From an uncultured Candidatus Saccharibacteria bacterium (GTDB lineage: Bacteria > Patescibacteriota > Dojkabacteria > SC72): a stretch of DNA of 64,000 nucleotides. The stretch spans positions 149,359 to 213,358 of the forward strand of contig CAYZNW010000001.1 in NCBI GenBank assembly GCA_964480345.1, in the 5' to 3' direction. Shown piece by piece: positions 27,300 to 37,790 of the stretch; positions within the stretch are counted from its first letter, which is position 1; the number at the start of each line of letters is the position of its first letter. The notes beneath the pieces are model-generated. The model was not told the DNA's origin. It ran no database searches and saw only the letters and a list, made by a program, of their open reading frames with translations. Made by a program: the position numbers and the translations under genes.

Positions 27300-28778
27300 G
27301 TGATAAACTGTATGTGTATGAAAGAGTTGATGAAAAAGAGATTAAAGATTTGGGGTCCAATATTGCTTCTTTTATGTGTTTTGGTAGGTTTGTTTGTATG
27401 GTGGTGGTTAAGTAGACGAGTGACTCAGGAACAGCGGGATGATTATGGTGTGAAAATTAGTGAAGCTGAAAATAGTTTTGAGTCTAAAGAGTATACAGCC
27501 TCTATAAATAAGTATTACGATGCAACGAAGATAATCCCTACTGACATTGTGGCCTATGAGGGCATTATCAAAATTTTGTTGTTAAAAAACCATGTACTTG
27601 ATGCTTTAGGAATAGTTGATAAGGCTGCAAATGCACTGTCTGTCACGGATAAATCACGATTGTATGTGATGGTTGGTAACTATTACTACAATAATAAAGA
27701 ATTTGAAAAGGCCAAAGATATATATCAAAAAGGTATAGGTTTGGGAGTTCAGAATATGAATGCTGATTTAATGCTTGGTAAATCCCTCCTTAATATAGGT
27801 AAAATAGATGAGGCTAAAAGACAGTTTGAACTAAATGGGTATGATGGTGAGGATTTGATTGAGGCAACTCTATTAAAATCGTACATATACTCTTTATCCG
27901 ATTTCACAAAAGCGGAAGAGGCGCTAAAGAGTGTAACGCCTACTGAAAAACTTAAACTGTATTACGAAGAGTTTGATAAAGTTTTAAAATCTTTAGATAC
28001 AGATACTAAGTACAATTCTGCAAAACTAGCTCGTATATTTTTGAATAATGGGTATCCATTTCTTGCAGTGAATATACTAGAAACACGAAAGGATGAGATT
28101 ACCGAATATGTAGAGGGCTTGTACTATTTAGGTAGAGGTTATGTGGAATCAGGACAGGTTGATAATGGGTTAGATACTTTAGAGAAATCTTTAACTTTAG
28201 GTCATATGCAGACGGAGATATCATGGACTATGGCAAGAGGATATGCTCGAAAAAATGATTTGGATGGTGCTATGCGGCATTACTCTAATGCAGTCGCTTA
28301 TGCAGGTAAAAATGTTACTAAAGAGTTGGCAAATGAATATATCCTATTTCTTTTGAAAAATAAGCAGTATTTGAAAGCAACGGAGAGTGTGACGAGTATG
28401 CTTACTGCTTCTCAAATACCTTCATTGTATTTACTAGGTATACGAAGTAATTATGAGCTAAACGAATTGAATAAGATTGATTACTATTTGGAACAATTAA
28501 GAAAGATTGCATTGACAGACGAGGAGAAGAAGGAGTACTTATATTGGAATGCCAAGGTATATTTGAAGAAAGAGAACTTAGATGCAGTAAATACTGTTCT
28601 TAATGAACTCATTACTTTAGATAAATATAATGCTAATTACTATCTTCTGCTTGGGAGATATAACATTGAAAAGGGAGATTCTCAAGAAGCTAAAAATGCT
28701 TTAGAGAAATCAATAGAGTACGACTTAAATAACTCTATAACAGATGAAGCATTGAAATTGTTGTCTAATATCAATTAG
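27300..28778 (+). CDS. membrane-anchored TPR-repeat protein
   Basis: 492 aa; N-terminal TM helix then multiple 34-residue TPR-like repeats (W/L-G-Y-A-F-P pattern); start may be a downstream ATG (27318-27330). Confidence 0.7.
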   Translation: MINCMCMKELMKKRLKIWGPILLLLCVLVGLFVWWWLSRRVTQEQRDDYGVKISEAENSFESKEYTASINKYYDATKIIPTDIVAYEGIIKILLLKNHVLDALGIVDKAANALSVTDKSRLYVMVGNYYYNNKEFEKAKDIYQKGIGLGVQNMNADLMLGKSLLNIGKIDEAKRQFELNGYDGEDLIEATLLKSYIYSLSDFTKAEEALKSVTPTEKLKLYYEEFDKVLKSLDTDTKYNSAKLARIFLNNGYPFLAVNILETRKDEITEYVEGLYYLGRGYVESGQVDNGLDTLEKSLTLGHMQTEISWTMARGYARKNDLDGAMRHYSNAVAYAGKNVTKELANEYILFLLKNKQYLKATESVTSMLTASQIPSLYLLGIRSNYELNELNKIDYYLEQLRKIALTDEEKKEYLYWNAKVYLKKENLDAVNTVLNELITLDKYNANYYLLLGRYNIEKGDSQEAKNALEKSIEYDLNNSITDEALKLLSNIN

Positions 28779-28828
28779 TTCTGTATAATCGCAACTGTCC
28801 CTTTTTGTTAATTTATGTAGAGAATTTT

Positions 28829-30931
28829 ATGGATAAAAGTACGTATAATGTAAAAATGCCTTTGGATAAGGTAAGAAACATCGGTATTATCGCTCATATT
28901 GATGCTGGTAAAACTACTACTACCGAAAGATTACTTTATTTCACAGGTCAGGTACATAAGATTGGAGAAACTCATGAGGGAGCTGCTACAACAGACTTCA
29001 TGGAACAGGAACAAGAGAGAGGTATTACAATTATGTCCGCAGCAGTAACATGTTTCTGGGATCATGATGGAAATAGATACAGAATCAATATTATAGATAC
29101 TCCAGGACACGTAGATTTCACCGCAGAAGTAGAAAGGTCATTAAGAGTATTAGATGGAGCTGTTGTTATCTTTGATGGTCGAAAAGGTGTAGAACCTCAA
29201 TCAGAAACAGTTTGGAGACAAGCAAACAAGTATAAAGTTCCTAGAATCTGTTTTATGAATAAAATTAATCTAATAGGAGGAAGTTTTGAACATAGCTTTG
29301 AAACTATCAAAAGTAGATTAAGTAATAAAGCAGTTGCAGTTACATATCCAATCGGAAAAGAACAAGAACTTCACGGCTATGTAGATTTAGTGAAAATGAA
29401 AGCATATGAATACAAAGGTACAGATACTCCTGATTTAATAGAGTGTCCAATTCCAGAGGATATCAAAACTCAGGTAGATGAATTAAGAAATATTTTGGTA
29501 GAAGCATTAGCAGAACAAGATGATGCTTTAATGGAGAAATATTTTGCAGGAGATGAATTAAAAGAGGAAGAGCTATATGCAGCTTTAAGAAAAGGCACTT
29601 TAGAGGGAAAGATCTTCCCTGTTCTTGGTGGGGATTCTCGAACTGCTATGTCAAAAACCTTACTTGATTACATTACTATATGTTTGCCATCTCCTCTTGA
29701 TAAAGAGGCAGTAAAAGGAGTAAATCCAAAAACAAATGAAGAAGAAGAGAGAAAAGCTGAAGAAAGTGAGCCTTTCTCCGGTTTAGTATTTAAGATAGTA
29801 AATGATCCTCATATTGGTAATCTTTCATACTTCAGAATTTACTCTGGAAAGATAAATTCTGGATCATATGTATTAAACTCGACTAAAGGAATTAAAGAAA
29901 GAGCAAGTAGATTAATATTGATGCATGCGGATGATAGAGAAGAGGTTGATTCTCTTCGAGTTGGAGATATAGGTGCAATTGTAGGACTTAAAGATTCTAT
30001 AACAGGAGATACTCTTTGCGATGAGTCTCATCCTATTATTTTAGAAAAGATAGACTTTGCTGAGCCTGTTGTATCAGAAGCTATTGAACCAGCTACAAAA
30101 TCAGACGAAGAAAAGATGTCCGAGGCATTAGCTAGATTAACAAAAGAGGATCCTACATTTACTGTTAAATCTGATATGGAAACAGGGCAGACAATAATAT
30201 CAGGAATGGGTGAGCTTCACTTAGATATCATTGTAGATAGATTAAAAAGAGAATTTAATGTCGCAACAAATGTTGGTAAACCACAGGTAGCATACAAAGA
30301 AACTATTAAGAATGTAGTCGAACAATCTGAAGGAAGATATATCAAACAATCAGGAGGTAAAGGTCAGTATGGACACTGTTGGTTGAAATTGGAACCAAAT
30401 GAGAAAGGTAAAGGTTTTGAATTTGTAAATGAAGTTAAAGGAGGTTCAATTCCTAGAGAATTTATCCCTGCTATTCAGAAAGGAGTAGAAGAATCTATGA
30501 AATCTGGTGTAGTTGCAGGATATCCAGTAGTAGATATTAAAGTCTCTGTTTATGATGGTTCTTATCACGATGTTGACTCATCTGAGGCAGCATTTAAAAT
30601 TGCAGGATCTATGGCATTTAAAGAAGGATGTAAAATGGGTAGCCCAATACTTCTAGAACCTATTATGAAAGTAGATGTTGATACACCAGACAACCACATG
30701 GGAGATGTTACTGGGTCTCTAAGTAGCAAACGAGGACAGATACAAGGAACAGAGAGTCTAGGTAGTGGAGTTAGTAGAATAACTGCAATGGTACCACTTT
30801 CTGAGCTATTTGGTTATACAAGTGAACTACGATCTATTACTAGTGGAAGAGGTAGTGCTACTATGGAACCTTCTCATTATGCTGAAGTACCAAGAAATGT
30901 AGCAGAAGAGATTGCAGGGAAGAAAGTTTAG
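28829..30931 (+). CDS. fusA: translation elongation factor G (non-canonical G4 motif NKIN)
   Basis: full-length alignment to EF-G (AHIDAGKTT, RGITI, DTPGH, five domains); ORF opens at TTG 28805, ATG candidates 28829/28856. Confidence 0.9.
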   Translation: MDKSTYNVKMPLDKVRNIGIIAHIDAGKTTTTERLLYFTGQVHKIGETHEGAATTDFMEQEQERGITIMSAAVTCFWDHDGNRYRINIIDTPGHVDFTAEVERSLRVLDGAVVIFDGRKGVEPQSETVWRQANKYKVPRICFMNKINLIGGSFEHSFETIKSRLSNKAVAVTYPIGKEQELHGYVDLVKMKAYEYKGTDTPDLIECPIPEDIKTQVDELRNILVEALAEQDDALMEKYFAGDELKEEELYAALRKGTLEGKIFPVLGGDSRTAMSKTLLDYITICLPSPLDKEAVKGVNPKTNEEEERKAEESEPFSGLVFKIVNDPHIGNLSYFRIYSGKINSGSYVLNSTKGIKERASRLILMHADDREEVDSLRVGDIGAIVGLKDSITGDTLCDESHPIILEKIDFAEPVVSEAIEPATKSDEEKMSEALARLTKEDPTFTVKSDMETGQTIISGMGELHLDIIVDRLKREFNVATNVGKPQVAYKETIKNVVEQSEGRYIKQSGGKGQYGHCWLKLEPNEKGKGFEFVNEVKGGSIPREFIPAIQKGVEESMKSGVVAGYPVVDIKVSVYDGSYHDVDSSEAAFKIAGSMAFKEGCKMGSPILLEPIMKVDVDTPDNHMGDVTGSLSSKRGQIQGTESLGSGVSRITAMVPLSELFGYTSELRSITSGRGSATMEPSHYAEVPRNVAEEIAGKKV

Positions 30932-31072
30932 TATTTCTTTGGGGAATATCAAAAGAAGCTACTAAAGGTCTTGCATTAGCTCGAACTTTTTGATAGTATT
31001 CATCGCAGGTTCTGTAAAGAGGACTTTGCAATATATAAATAATATTGTATTTAATTTTTAATAAATATATTC

Positions 31073-32248
31073 ATGGCAGATTTTAATAGAACAAAGCCAC
31101 ACATGAATATCGGAACTTTGGGTCATATCGATCACGGTAAGACAACATTTGTTCGTGGTATTCTTAGAACATTCACAGCAGATGCTGGTGATGCAGATAA
31201 GATGATTGATAAACTGGATAAAGATCCAGAGGCAAGAGCAAAAGCTATTACAATAGCAGTTGCACACGTTGAATTTGAAACTGAAAACAGACACTATGCA
31301 TTAGTAGACTGTCCAGGTCACAAAGACTACATCAAAAATATGATCACAGGAGCAGCACAGATGGACGGAGCAATTTTGGTTGTTTCTTCTAGCGATGGTG
31401 CTATGCCTCAGACAAAGGAGCATATCTTACTTGCAAAGCAGGTTGGAGTTCCTAAGATTGTAGTATTCATAAACACATTTGGAACACCTGATCCTGAGAT
31501 TTTGGAATTAATCAAATCTGATGTCCAAGATCTATTAAAGAAATACGGATATGATCCAGATTGTCCAATGATTGTCGGAGATGCATTGAAAGCATTTAAA
31601 GGTGAGGAAGAGGGTGCAGCTACTATGAAAGAAGTTATGAAAGCAGTTGATGAATATATTCCTCTACCAGAGAGAGATACAGACAAGCCATTCTTGATGC
31701 CTGTTGAAGATATCTTCTCAATTGAAGGAAGAGGAACAGTTGTTACAGGTAGAATCGAGAGAGGAATTATCAAAGTTGGAGAAGAAGTTGAAGTGTTAGG
31801 TCTTGGTAGAAAAGCACAGAAAACTGCAGTCATTGGAGTTGAAATGTTCAACAAGACATTAAATGAAGGACAAGCAGGAGATAATGTAGGTATTTTGTTA
31901 AGAGGATTAAAGAGAGAGGATGTTCAGAGAGGACAGATCTTGACAGTCCCTGGTAGTATCTCTACTCATACCGATTTCAAAGCAGAGGTTTATGTATTAA
32001 GTAAAGAAGAAGGTGGTAGACATACCCCATTTGTATCTGGATACAAGCCTCAGTTCTACATCAGAACTGCAGATGTAACAGGTGAAGTTATATTGAACGA
32101 AGGAACCGAAATGGTTGCTCCTGGAGACAACACAGAATTTACTGTTAAGTTGATGGCTCCTGTTGCAATTGAGAAAGGTGTATCTTTCGCAATCAGAGAA
32201 GGAGGTCAAACAGTAGGACAAGGAATAGTAACAGAGATCTTGAAATAA
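31073..32248 (+). CDS. tuf: translation elongation factor Tu (non-canonical G4 motif NTFG)
   Basis: 391 aa; [14 protein letters not shown], domains 2-3 highly conserved ([13 protein letters not shown]...); canonical position before rpsJ. Confidence 0.9.
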   Translation: MADFNRTKPHMNIGTLGHIDHGKTTFVRGILRTFTADAGDADKMIDKLDKDPEARAKAITIAVAHVEFETENRHYALVDCPGHKDYIKNMITGAAQMDGAILVVSSSDGAMPQTKEHILLAKQVGVPKIVVFINTFGTPDPEILELIKSDVQDLLKKYGYDPDCPMIVGDALKAFKGEEEGAATMKEVMKAVDEYIPLPERDTDKPFLMPVEDIFSIEGRGTVVTGRIERGIIKVGEEVEVLGLGRKAQKTAVIGVEMFNKTLNEGQAGDNVGILLRGLKREDVQRGQILTVPGSISTHTDFKAEVYVLSKEEGGRHTPFVSGYKPQFYIRTADVTGEVILNEGTEMVAPGDNTEFTVKLMAPVAIEKGVSFAIREGGQTVGQGIVTEILK

Positions 32249-32258
32249 GTGAGTAAGA

Positions 32259-32282
32259 CAGAGGGTAGTAATCTACCCTCTG
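32259..32282 (+). terminator. rho-independent terminator after tuf
   Basis: perfect 10-bp stem CAGAGGGTAG-taat-CTACCCTCTG followed by T-rich run, read directly. Confidence 0.6.
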
Positions 32283-32317
32283 TTACTTAATAATTTAATT
32301 TAGCTCTTTTAAATAGA

Positions 32318-32629
32318 ATGGCAAATTTAACTGCAAAAATTAGAGTAAAATTGAAAGGATATGATTCAGTAGTTGTAGATAAGTCAGCTAAAAGTATCAT
32401 TGAAACAGCAATTAGTACAGGTGCTAAGGTTGCTGGCCCTATTCCTCTTCCAACTAAGAGAAGGAAAATAGCAGTTGATAGATCACCATTTATTTACAAG
32501 AGCTCAATGGAACATTTTGAGATAAATACTCATAAAAGGATAATTGATATTATAGATCCAACACCGAAGACCATAGATTCTCTCCAGAGACTTGAAATGC
32601 CTGCTGGTGTAGATATCGGTATTCAATAA
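32318..32629 (+). CDS. rpsJ: 30S ribosomal protein S10
   Basis: 103 aa, full-length S10 homology. Confidence 0.95.
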   Translation: MANLTAKIRVKLKGYDSVVVDKSAKSIIETAISTGAKVAGPIPLPTKRRKIAVDRSPFIYKSSMEHFEINTHKRIIDIIDPTPKTIDSLQRLEMPAGVDIGIQ

Positions 32630-32637
32630 TAAAAAAT

Positions 32638-33222
32638 ATGAAAGCATTGATAGGAATAAAAAAAGGAATGACAAGAGTTTTCAAGGACAACAAAGTTGTT
32701 CCTGTTACTGTTGTTGATGTGGGAAGCTGTATCCTTTCTTTTGTAGAAAAAGAGGGATTTGAGTTAGGAATAGGAGCAAAGAGGAAACCTACAAAAGCTA
32801 TGCTTGGAAGATACAAGGTAGCTAAGAAAGTTCCTATGAGAACAGGATATTTTACTGGTTCATTAAATAACGAAATACAGATAGGAGATGAAGTGAAATC
32901 AGATATCTTCACAATTGGAGATAAAGTTGTTGTAAAAGGAGTATCAAAAGGTAAAGGCTTTGCAGGAGTTGTAAAGAGATGGGGATTTGCAGGAGGTCCT
33001 AAGACCCATGGTCAATCTGATAGACATAGAGCTCCAGGTTCAATAGGTGCAGGTACCGATCCAGGTAGAGTCTTGAAAGGAAAGAAAATGGCAGGAAGAA
33101 AAGGTGGCGACACTATTACACTACTAAATAAAGAAATTATAGATATTAAAGATAACTATGTATTACTCTCTGGACCAGTTCCAGGAGCAAATGGTTCTTT
33201 AGTAGCAATATATTCAGAATAA
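32638..33222 (+). CDS. rplC: 50S ribosomal protein L3
   Basis: [31 protein letters not shown] signature. Confidence 0.95.
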   Translation: MKALIGIKKGMTRVFKDNKVVPVTVVDVGSCILSFVEKEGFELGIGAKRKPTKAMLGRYKVAKKVPMRTGYFTGSLNNEIQIGDEVKSDIFTIGDKVVVKGVSKGKGFAGVVKRWGFAGGPKTHGQSDRHRAPGSIGAGTDPGRVLKGKKMAGRKGGDTITLLNKEIIDIKDNYVLLSGPVPGANGSLVAIYSE

Positions 33223-33223
33223 T

Positions 33224-33844
33224 ATGGAAACAAAAGTAACTAAAAAAACAAAAAAAGTAGAAAAGAAAGCAGAGAAGAAACTCAACCCAGTAGTTTGGGA
33301 TGTCCCTTACAATGCTGATTTGTTAGCTCAAGTTCTCTATGTATATAGAAACAATGAAAGAAAAGCTACAGCAAATGTTAAATCAAGAGGAGAAGTTTCA
33401 GGAGGTGGTAAGAAACCTTGGAAACAGAAAGGTACTGGAAGAGCAAGACATGGTTCATCTAGATCACCACTTTGGGTAGGAGGAGGAGTGACTTTTGGAA
33501 ATGTATCAGAGAAAAACTACAGTAGAAAATTAAACAAAAAGATGGCAAGAAAAGCAGTATGTATTATGCTTTCTGAAAGATTAAGAAAAGAACAACTTCA
33601 GTTTGTTAGTGCAGATGTAGAATCAGCAAACAAGATTAGAAAAGAAGCCAAAGGTACTGCATCTAAAAAAATATTGATGATTTGCAACAATACAGAATTA
33701 AGTAAAAAACTAAGAAATTCAGATAAAACAAAAGTCATAACTGCAGAGAAAGTAAATGCTAAACATTTAATAGCTTCAAACCTAGTATATGTTGACAACG
33801 AAATAGTAGATATTTTAGAAAAAAGATTAACAAATGGAAAATAA
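33224..33844 (+). CDS. rplD: 50S ribosomal protein L4
   Basis: [19 protein letters not shown] signature. Confidence 0.95.
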   Translation: METKVTKKTKKVEKKAEKKLNPVVWDVPYNADLLAQVLYVYRNNERKATANVKSRGEVSGGGKKPWKQKGTGRARHGSSRSPLWVGGGVTFGNVSEKNYSRKLNKKMARKAVCIMLSERLRKEQLQFVSADVESANKIRKEAKGTASKKILMICNNTELSKKLRNSDKTKVITAEKVNAKHLIASNLVYVDNEIVDILEKRLTNGK

Positions 33845-34127
33845 GAAAATTACAATAAAACCAGTGATATCAGAGAAAACCTATGCTATGGCAAATGCAG
33901 ATAATAAATATGTATTTGCTGTTGCAAGAGGATATAACAAAATAGAGGTGAAAAAAGCTGTTGAGGCCAAATACAAAGTTAAAGTAGTAGATGTAAATAG
34001 TGTAGTTAAACCTGGAAAAATGAAAAGAGATTTGAAGACATACAAACAGAGAAGAATAACAGACAAAGTTAAAATGATACTGACCCTTAAAAAAGGAGAT
34101 AAGATTGATGAGTTTTTGAAAGGATAA
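33834..34127 (+). CDS. rplW: 50S ribosomal protein L23
   Basis: 97 aa, operon position and L23 homology. Confidence 0.9.
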   Translation: MENKKITIKPVISEKTYAMANADNKYVFAVARGYNKIEVKKAVEAKYKVKVVDVNSVVKPGKMKRDLKTYKQRRITDKVKMILTLKKGDKIDEFLKG

Positions 34128-34130
34128 CAT

Positions 34131-34982
34131 ATGGCAATAAGAAAATTTAAACCTACAACTTCGTCAAGAAGAAAAACAAGATTAGAAGATAGAAGATTAT
34201 TAAAGAAAGACTCAGGTCCTAAATCTTTAACTATACCTAAGAAGAAAAATGCTGGTAGAAATAATCAAGGAAGAATAACAGTAAGACATAGAGGTGGTGG
34301 TTTTAAGAGAAGAATCAGAATAGTAGACTTTAAGAGAAATAAATTTGATATCCCAGCAAAAGTTAGCGGATTGTACTTTGATCCTAACAGAACAGCTTAT
34401 TTAGCTCTTTTAACATATGCAGATGGTGAAAAAAGATATATTATTGCACCTAGAGATTTAGAAGAGGGTAAAACAGTAGTCTCAGGAGAAAAAGTAGATA
34501 TCCTTCCTGGAAATGCAATGAGAATTAAAAATATACCTTCTGGAACATATGTACATTGTGTAGAAAACATGCCTGGAAGAGGAGCAGTATTTGCAAGATC
34601 AGCAGGACAAACAGTAGTAGTTCAAGGTGCTGACCCTACAGGAAAATATGTCCAGATTAAAATGCCATCAGGAGAGATCAGACTTGTCTTTGCAGATTGT
34701 ATGGCTACTGTAGGACAGATAGGAAATGAAGAGAAATTAAATGTCAAATTAGGAAAAGCAGGAAGAAAGAGAAATCTAGGATGGAGACCAGAAGTAAGAG
34801 GTATGGCAATGCATCCAGCAGAGCACCCACACGGTGGAGGTGAAGGTAAAGGACAAACAGGAGGTAAAGCTAAAGATATTTGGGGTCATAGAATTGGTAC
34901 TAGAACTAGAAAGAATGCTAAGACAGAGAAATTCATTATAAAGAGAAGAAGAACTAAAACTAGACCATTTGCAAAAAAATAA
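34131..34982 (+). CDS. rplB: 50S ribosomal protein L2
   Basis: 283 aa; RHRGGGFKRR and C-terminal HPHGGGEGK motifs. Confidence 0.95.
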   Translation: MAIRKFKPTTSSRRKTRLEDRRLLKKDSGPKSLTIPKKKNAGRNNQGRITVRHRGGGFKRRIRIVDFKRNKFDIPAKVSGLYFDPNRTAYLALLTYADGEKRYIIAPRDLEEGKTVVSGEKVDILPGNAMRIKNIPSGTYVHCVENMPGRGAVFARSAGQTVVVQGADPTGKYVQIKMPSGEIRLVFADCMATVGQIGNEEKLNVKLGKAGRKRNLGWRPEVRGMAMHPAEHPHGGGEGKGQTGGKAKDIWGHRIGTRTRKNAKTEKFIIKRRRTKTRPFAKK

Positions 34983-34999
34983 ATTATATTAACTAAAAT

Positions 35000-35305
35000 A
35001 TGTCGAGATCATTAAAGAAAGGACCACATACAGACGAGAAATTGATGAAGAAAGTCACAAATGCTAGAGAAAGTGGCAATATGTCACCAATTAAAACATG
35101 GGCTAGATCATCAACAATCACACCAGAAATGGTAGGTCTGAAGTTCTTAGTACATAATGGAAAGAAATTTGAAGAAGTATTAGTAGCAGAATCAATGATA
35201 AACCATAGATTAGGAGAGTTTTCTCCAACTAGAAAATTTAAAGGACATGCTAAGAAAGGTAAACTATCTAAAGTATATGGAAGTAGTGGTAGATTTGAAG
35301 AGTAA
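35000..35305 (+). CDS. rpsS: 30S ribosomal protein S19
   Basis: [10 protein letters not shown]...N-terminus typical of S19. Confidence 0.95.
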   Translation: MSRSLKKGPHTDEKLMKKVTNARESGNMSPIKTWARSSTITPEMVGLKFLVHNGKKFEEVLVAESMINHRLGEFSPTRKFKGHAKKGKLSKVYGSSGRFEE

Positions 35306-35322
35306 ATATAAATAAAAATATT

Positions 35323-35664
35323 ATGGAAGAAAAAACAGTAAAAATCACAATAAAAAATATAGCAGAATCTCCACTAAAGTTGAGATTACTTGTAGATATG
35401 GTAAGAGGAAAAGAAGTAGAGAAAGCCTTAAATATCTTAGAACTAGTAAATAAGAAGGGAGCTTCAACTGTAAAGAAAGCTATCCTATCTGCAACTGCTA
35501 GTGCAAGAGATATTCATGGAGTAGATAAAGACAGCTTAGTTATAAAAAGTATAACAGTAGATGATGCAAGAATATTGAAAAGAACGAGATTTGCTTCAAG
35601 AGGTAGAGTATCTCGAATTAGTAAACGAAGATCACATATTAATTTAGAGTTAAAAGTAAAGTAA
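35323..35664 (+). CDS. rplV: 50S ribosomal protein L22
   Basis: 113 aa, L22 homology. Confidence 0.9.
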   Translation: MEEKTVKITIKNIAESPLKLRLLVDMVRGKEVEKALNILELVNKKGASTVKKAILSATASARDIHGVDKDSLVIKSITVDDARILKRTRFASRGRVSRISKRRSHINLELKVK

Positions 35665-35666
35665 GT

Positions 35667-36314
35667 ATGGGAAGAAAAGTACATCCAAAAGCTATAAGAA
35701 TGGGAATTAACAGAACATGGGACTCTGTATGGTATGCACATAAAAGAGAGTATCCTGAGCTGTTAAAAGAAGATTTGATGATAAAAAAGAGAGTTACAGA
35801 AGTTATGAGAAATGCAGGACTTGATGCTATTAAAATCAATAGATTTATGGGCAAGATAGAAGTCTTAGCATATGTAGCAAAACCTGGTGTAGCAATAGGA
35901 AGAGGTGGAGAAGGAATTGATCTATTACAGAAAGAACTATCAAAGAAATTAAAAACAAATATAGAATTAAAAGTAAGAGAAGTTAGAAAATCAGATCTCT
36001 CTGCAAGAATAATTGCAAGAACAATAGCCGATGGAATAGAAAGAAGACAACCATCAAAATTACTTATGGCAAGTGCAAAAGAGAAAATTATGGGAGCAGG
36101 AGCAAAAGGATTAAAAATATGGGTCTCAGGAAGAATAAATAATGCAAGTCAAGCTAGAACTATAAAAGTAACAGCAGGATCTGTTCCAGCACAAACATTA
36201 AGAGCAGATGTAGATTATGCATTTGAAGTAGCACAAACAATAGATGCGGGACTTATGGGAGTAAAGGTTTGGATATACAAGGGAGAAAAAAATAATATAG
36301 ATTATGAAGAATAA
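35667..36314 (+). CDS. rpsC: 30S ribosomal protein S3
   Basis: MGRKVHP..RMGINRTWDS N-terminus and KH domain. Confidence 0.95.
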   Translation: MGRKVHPKAIRMGINRTWDSVWYAHKREYPELLKEDLMIKKRVTEVMRNAGLDAIKINRFMGKIEVLAYVAKPGVAIGRGGEGIDLLQKELSKKLKTNIELKVREVRKSDLSARIIARTIADGIERRQPSKLLMASAKEKIMGAGAKGLKIWVSGRINNASQARTIKVTAGSVPAQTLRADVDYAFEVAQTIDAGLMGVKVWIYKGEKNNIDYEE

Positions 36315-36331
36315 AATTTTAAGTAATAAAT

Positions 36332-36745
36332 ATGTTACAGCCTAAAAGAAGAAAACATCCAAAAGAATTTAGAGGAAAAATGGGAGGAGTGGCTACTGTA
36401 AATAACAAAGTCACTTTTGGAGAGTATGGACTAAAATCGATTGAAAACGGTTGGGTTTATGCAAGAGAGATAGAGGCTGCAAGAAGAGCTGTTTCAAACT
36501 ATACAAAGAGAAAAGGTAAAGTATGGATTAAGATATTCCCACACAAATCATATACACAGAGAGCAATTAATAGCAAAATGTTAGGTGGTAAAGGATCTGT
36601 AGAGGGATATGTAGCAGTTGTTCTACCAGGAACAGTAATGATTGAAATTGGAGGACTAGACGAAGCTACTTCTAAAGAAGCATTGAAACTAGCAGGACAT
36701 AAATTATCAGTTAAGACAAAATTCGTATCAAGACAAGAGATTTAG
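36332..36745 (+). CDS. rplP: 50S ribosomal protein L16
   Basis: MLQPKRRKHPKEFRGKMGG N-terminus. Confidence 0.95.
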   Translation: MLQPKRRKHPKEFRGKMGGVATVNNKVTFGEYGLKSIENGWVYAREIEAARRAVSNYTKRKGKVWIKIFPHKSYTQRAINSKMLGGKGSVEGYVAVVLPGTVMIEIGGLDEATSKEALKLAGHKLSVKTKFVSRQEI

Positions 36746-36793
36746 CTTGTGAATAATATAAATAATTGATAGAATACAAACCGTTATAAAAAT

Positions 36794-37051
36794 ATGGAAA
36801 AAGATACCAAAAAGAAAGGAAACAAAAGAATAATTGAAGGAGTAGTTATAGGAAATCAAATGACTAATACTGTTAAAGTAAGAGTCGATAGATTAGAGGA
36901 GCATCCTGTATATAAAAAAGTTATTAAAAGAAAGAAAGTATTCTTTGCAAGAACAACAGAAGAGTTAAACATTGGAGATAAGGTATCTATTAAAGAAAGT
37001 AGACCTTTATCAAAAAAAATAAGATGGATAGTCATAAAGAAAGAAGAATAG
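36794..37051 (+). CDS. rpsQ: 30S ribosomal protein S17
   Basis: 85 aa; follows L16 directly (no L29 gene in the 48-nt gap). Confidence 0.9.
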   Translation: MEKDTKKKGNKRIIEGVVIGNQMTNTVKVRVDRLEEHPVYKKVIKRKKVFFARTTEELNIGDKVSIKESRPLSKKIRWIVIKKEE

Positions 37052-37052
37052 T

Positions 37053-37424
37053 ATGGTACAGAAAGAAACAGTATTTAAAGTAGCAGATAATAGTGGAGCA
37101 AGAGAAGCCAAACTGATAGGTATTCCAGGATATTCTAAAAGAAGATATGCGGGAATAGGTGATGTGGTAACTGTTTCTATTCAAAAATCTATACCACATG
37201 CAGAAATTAAAGATCATGAAGTACACAAAGCAGTAATAGTTAGAACAAGTAAAGAACAAAGAAGAAAAGATGGAACATATATAAGATTTGATGATAATGC
37301 AGTAGTTTTGATAGATGCAAAAAATAAAGTACCAAAGGGAAGTCGTATATTTGGTCCAGTAGCTAGAGAGTTAAAAGAAAGAGGATTTGATAAGATAGTA
37401 TCTTTAGCTCCAGAAGTATTATAA
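37053..37424 (+). CDS. rplN: 50S ribosomal protein L14
   Basis: [10 protein letters not shown] motif. Confidence 0.95.
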   Translation: MVQKETVFKVADNSGAREAKLIGIPGYSKRRYAGIGDVVTVSIQKSIPHAEIKDHEVHKAVIVRTSKEQRRKDGTYIRFDDNAVVLIDAKNKVPKGSRIFGPVARELKERGFDKIVSLAPEVL

Positions 37425-37437
37425 ATAAAAGAAAATT

Positions 37438-37788
37438 ATGAAGATTAAAAAAGGAGATACAGTAAAAATATTATACGGTAAAGAGTCAGGGAAAAGAGGA
37501 GTCGTTGCTGCTCTTAATCCTAAAAAAAGATCTTTAGTAGTAGAAGGTTTAAACCTATACAAAAGACATCTTAAAGGAGACGGAAGAACAAGAACATCTG
37601 AAGTTTTGACAATAGAAAAACCATTCCCTATCTCTAAAGTGATGTTTGTTTGTCCACTATGTGACAAAGCATCAAAAATAGGAATTAGAAAAGAAGGAAA
37701 AGAAATCGTTAGAGTATGTAGAAAGTGTGGCAAAGACATAGTAACAGTTAAAAAAGAAACAAAGAAGAAAAAAGAAAGTAAAAAATAA
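37438..37788 (+). CDS. rplX: 50S ribosomal protein L24 (variant with Cys4 zinc-ribbon-like CPLC...CRKC)
   Basis: N-terminal KOW (KKGDTVKILYGKESGKRG), VEGLNLYKRH; C-terminal region carries CxxC-x17-CxxC. Confidence 0.9.
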   Translation: MKIKKGDTVKILYGKESGKRGVVAALNPKKRSLVVEGLNLYKRHLKGDGRTRTSEVLTIEKPFPISKVMFVCPLCDKASKIGIRKEGKEIVRVCRKCGKDIVTVKKETKKKKESKK

Positions 37789-37790
37789 AA

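Noticed and set aside
31022-31050. TTGCAA-16-TATTTAAT promoter-like sequence in the fusA-tuf spacer
   Set aside because: Hexamers are only approximate, and AT-rich DNA yields many such matches. Not listed as a feature.
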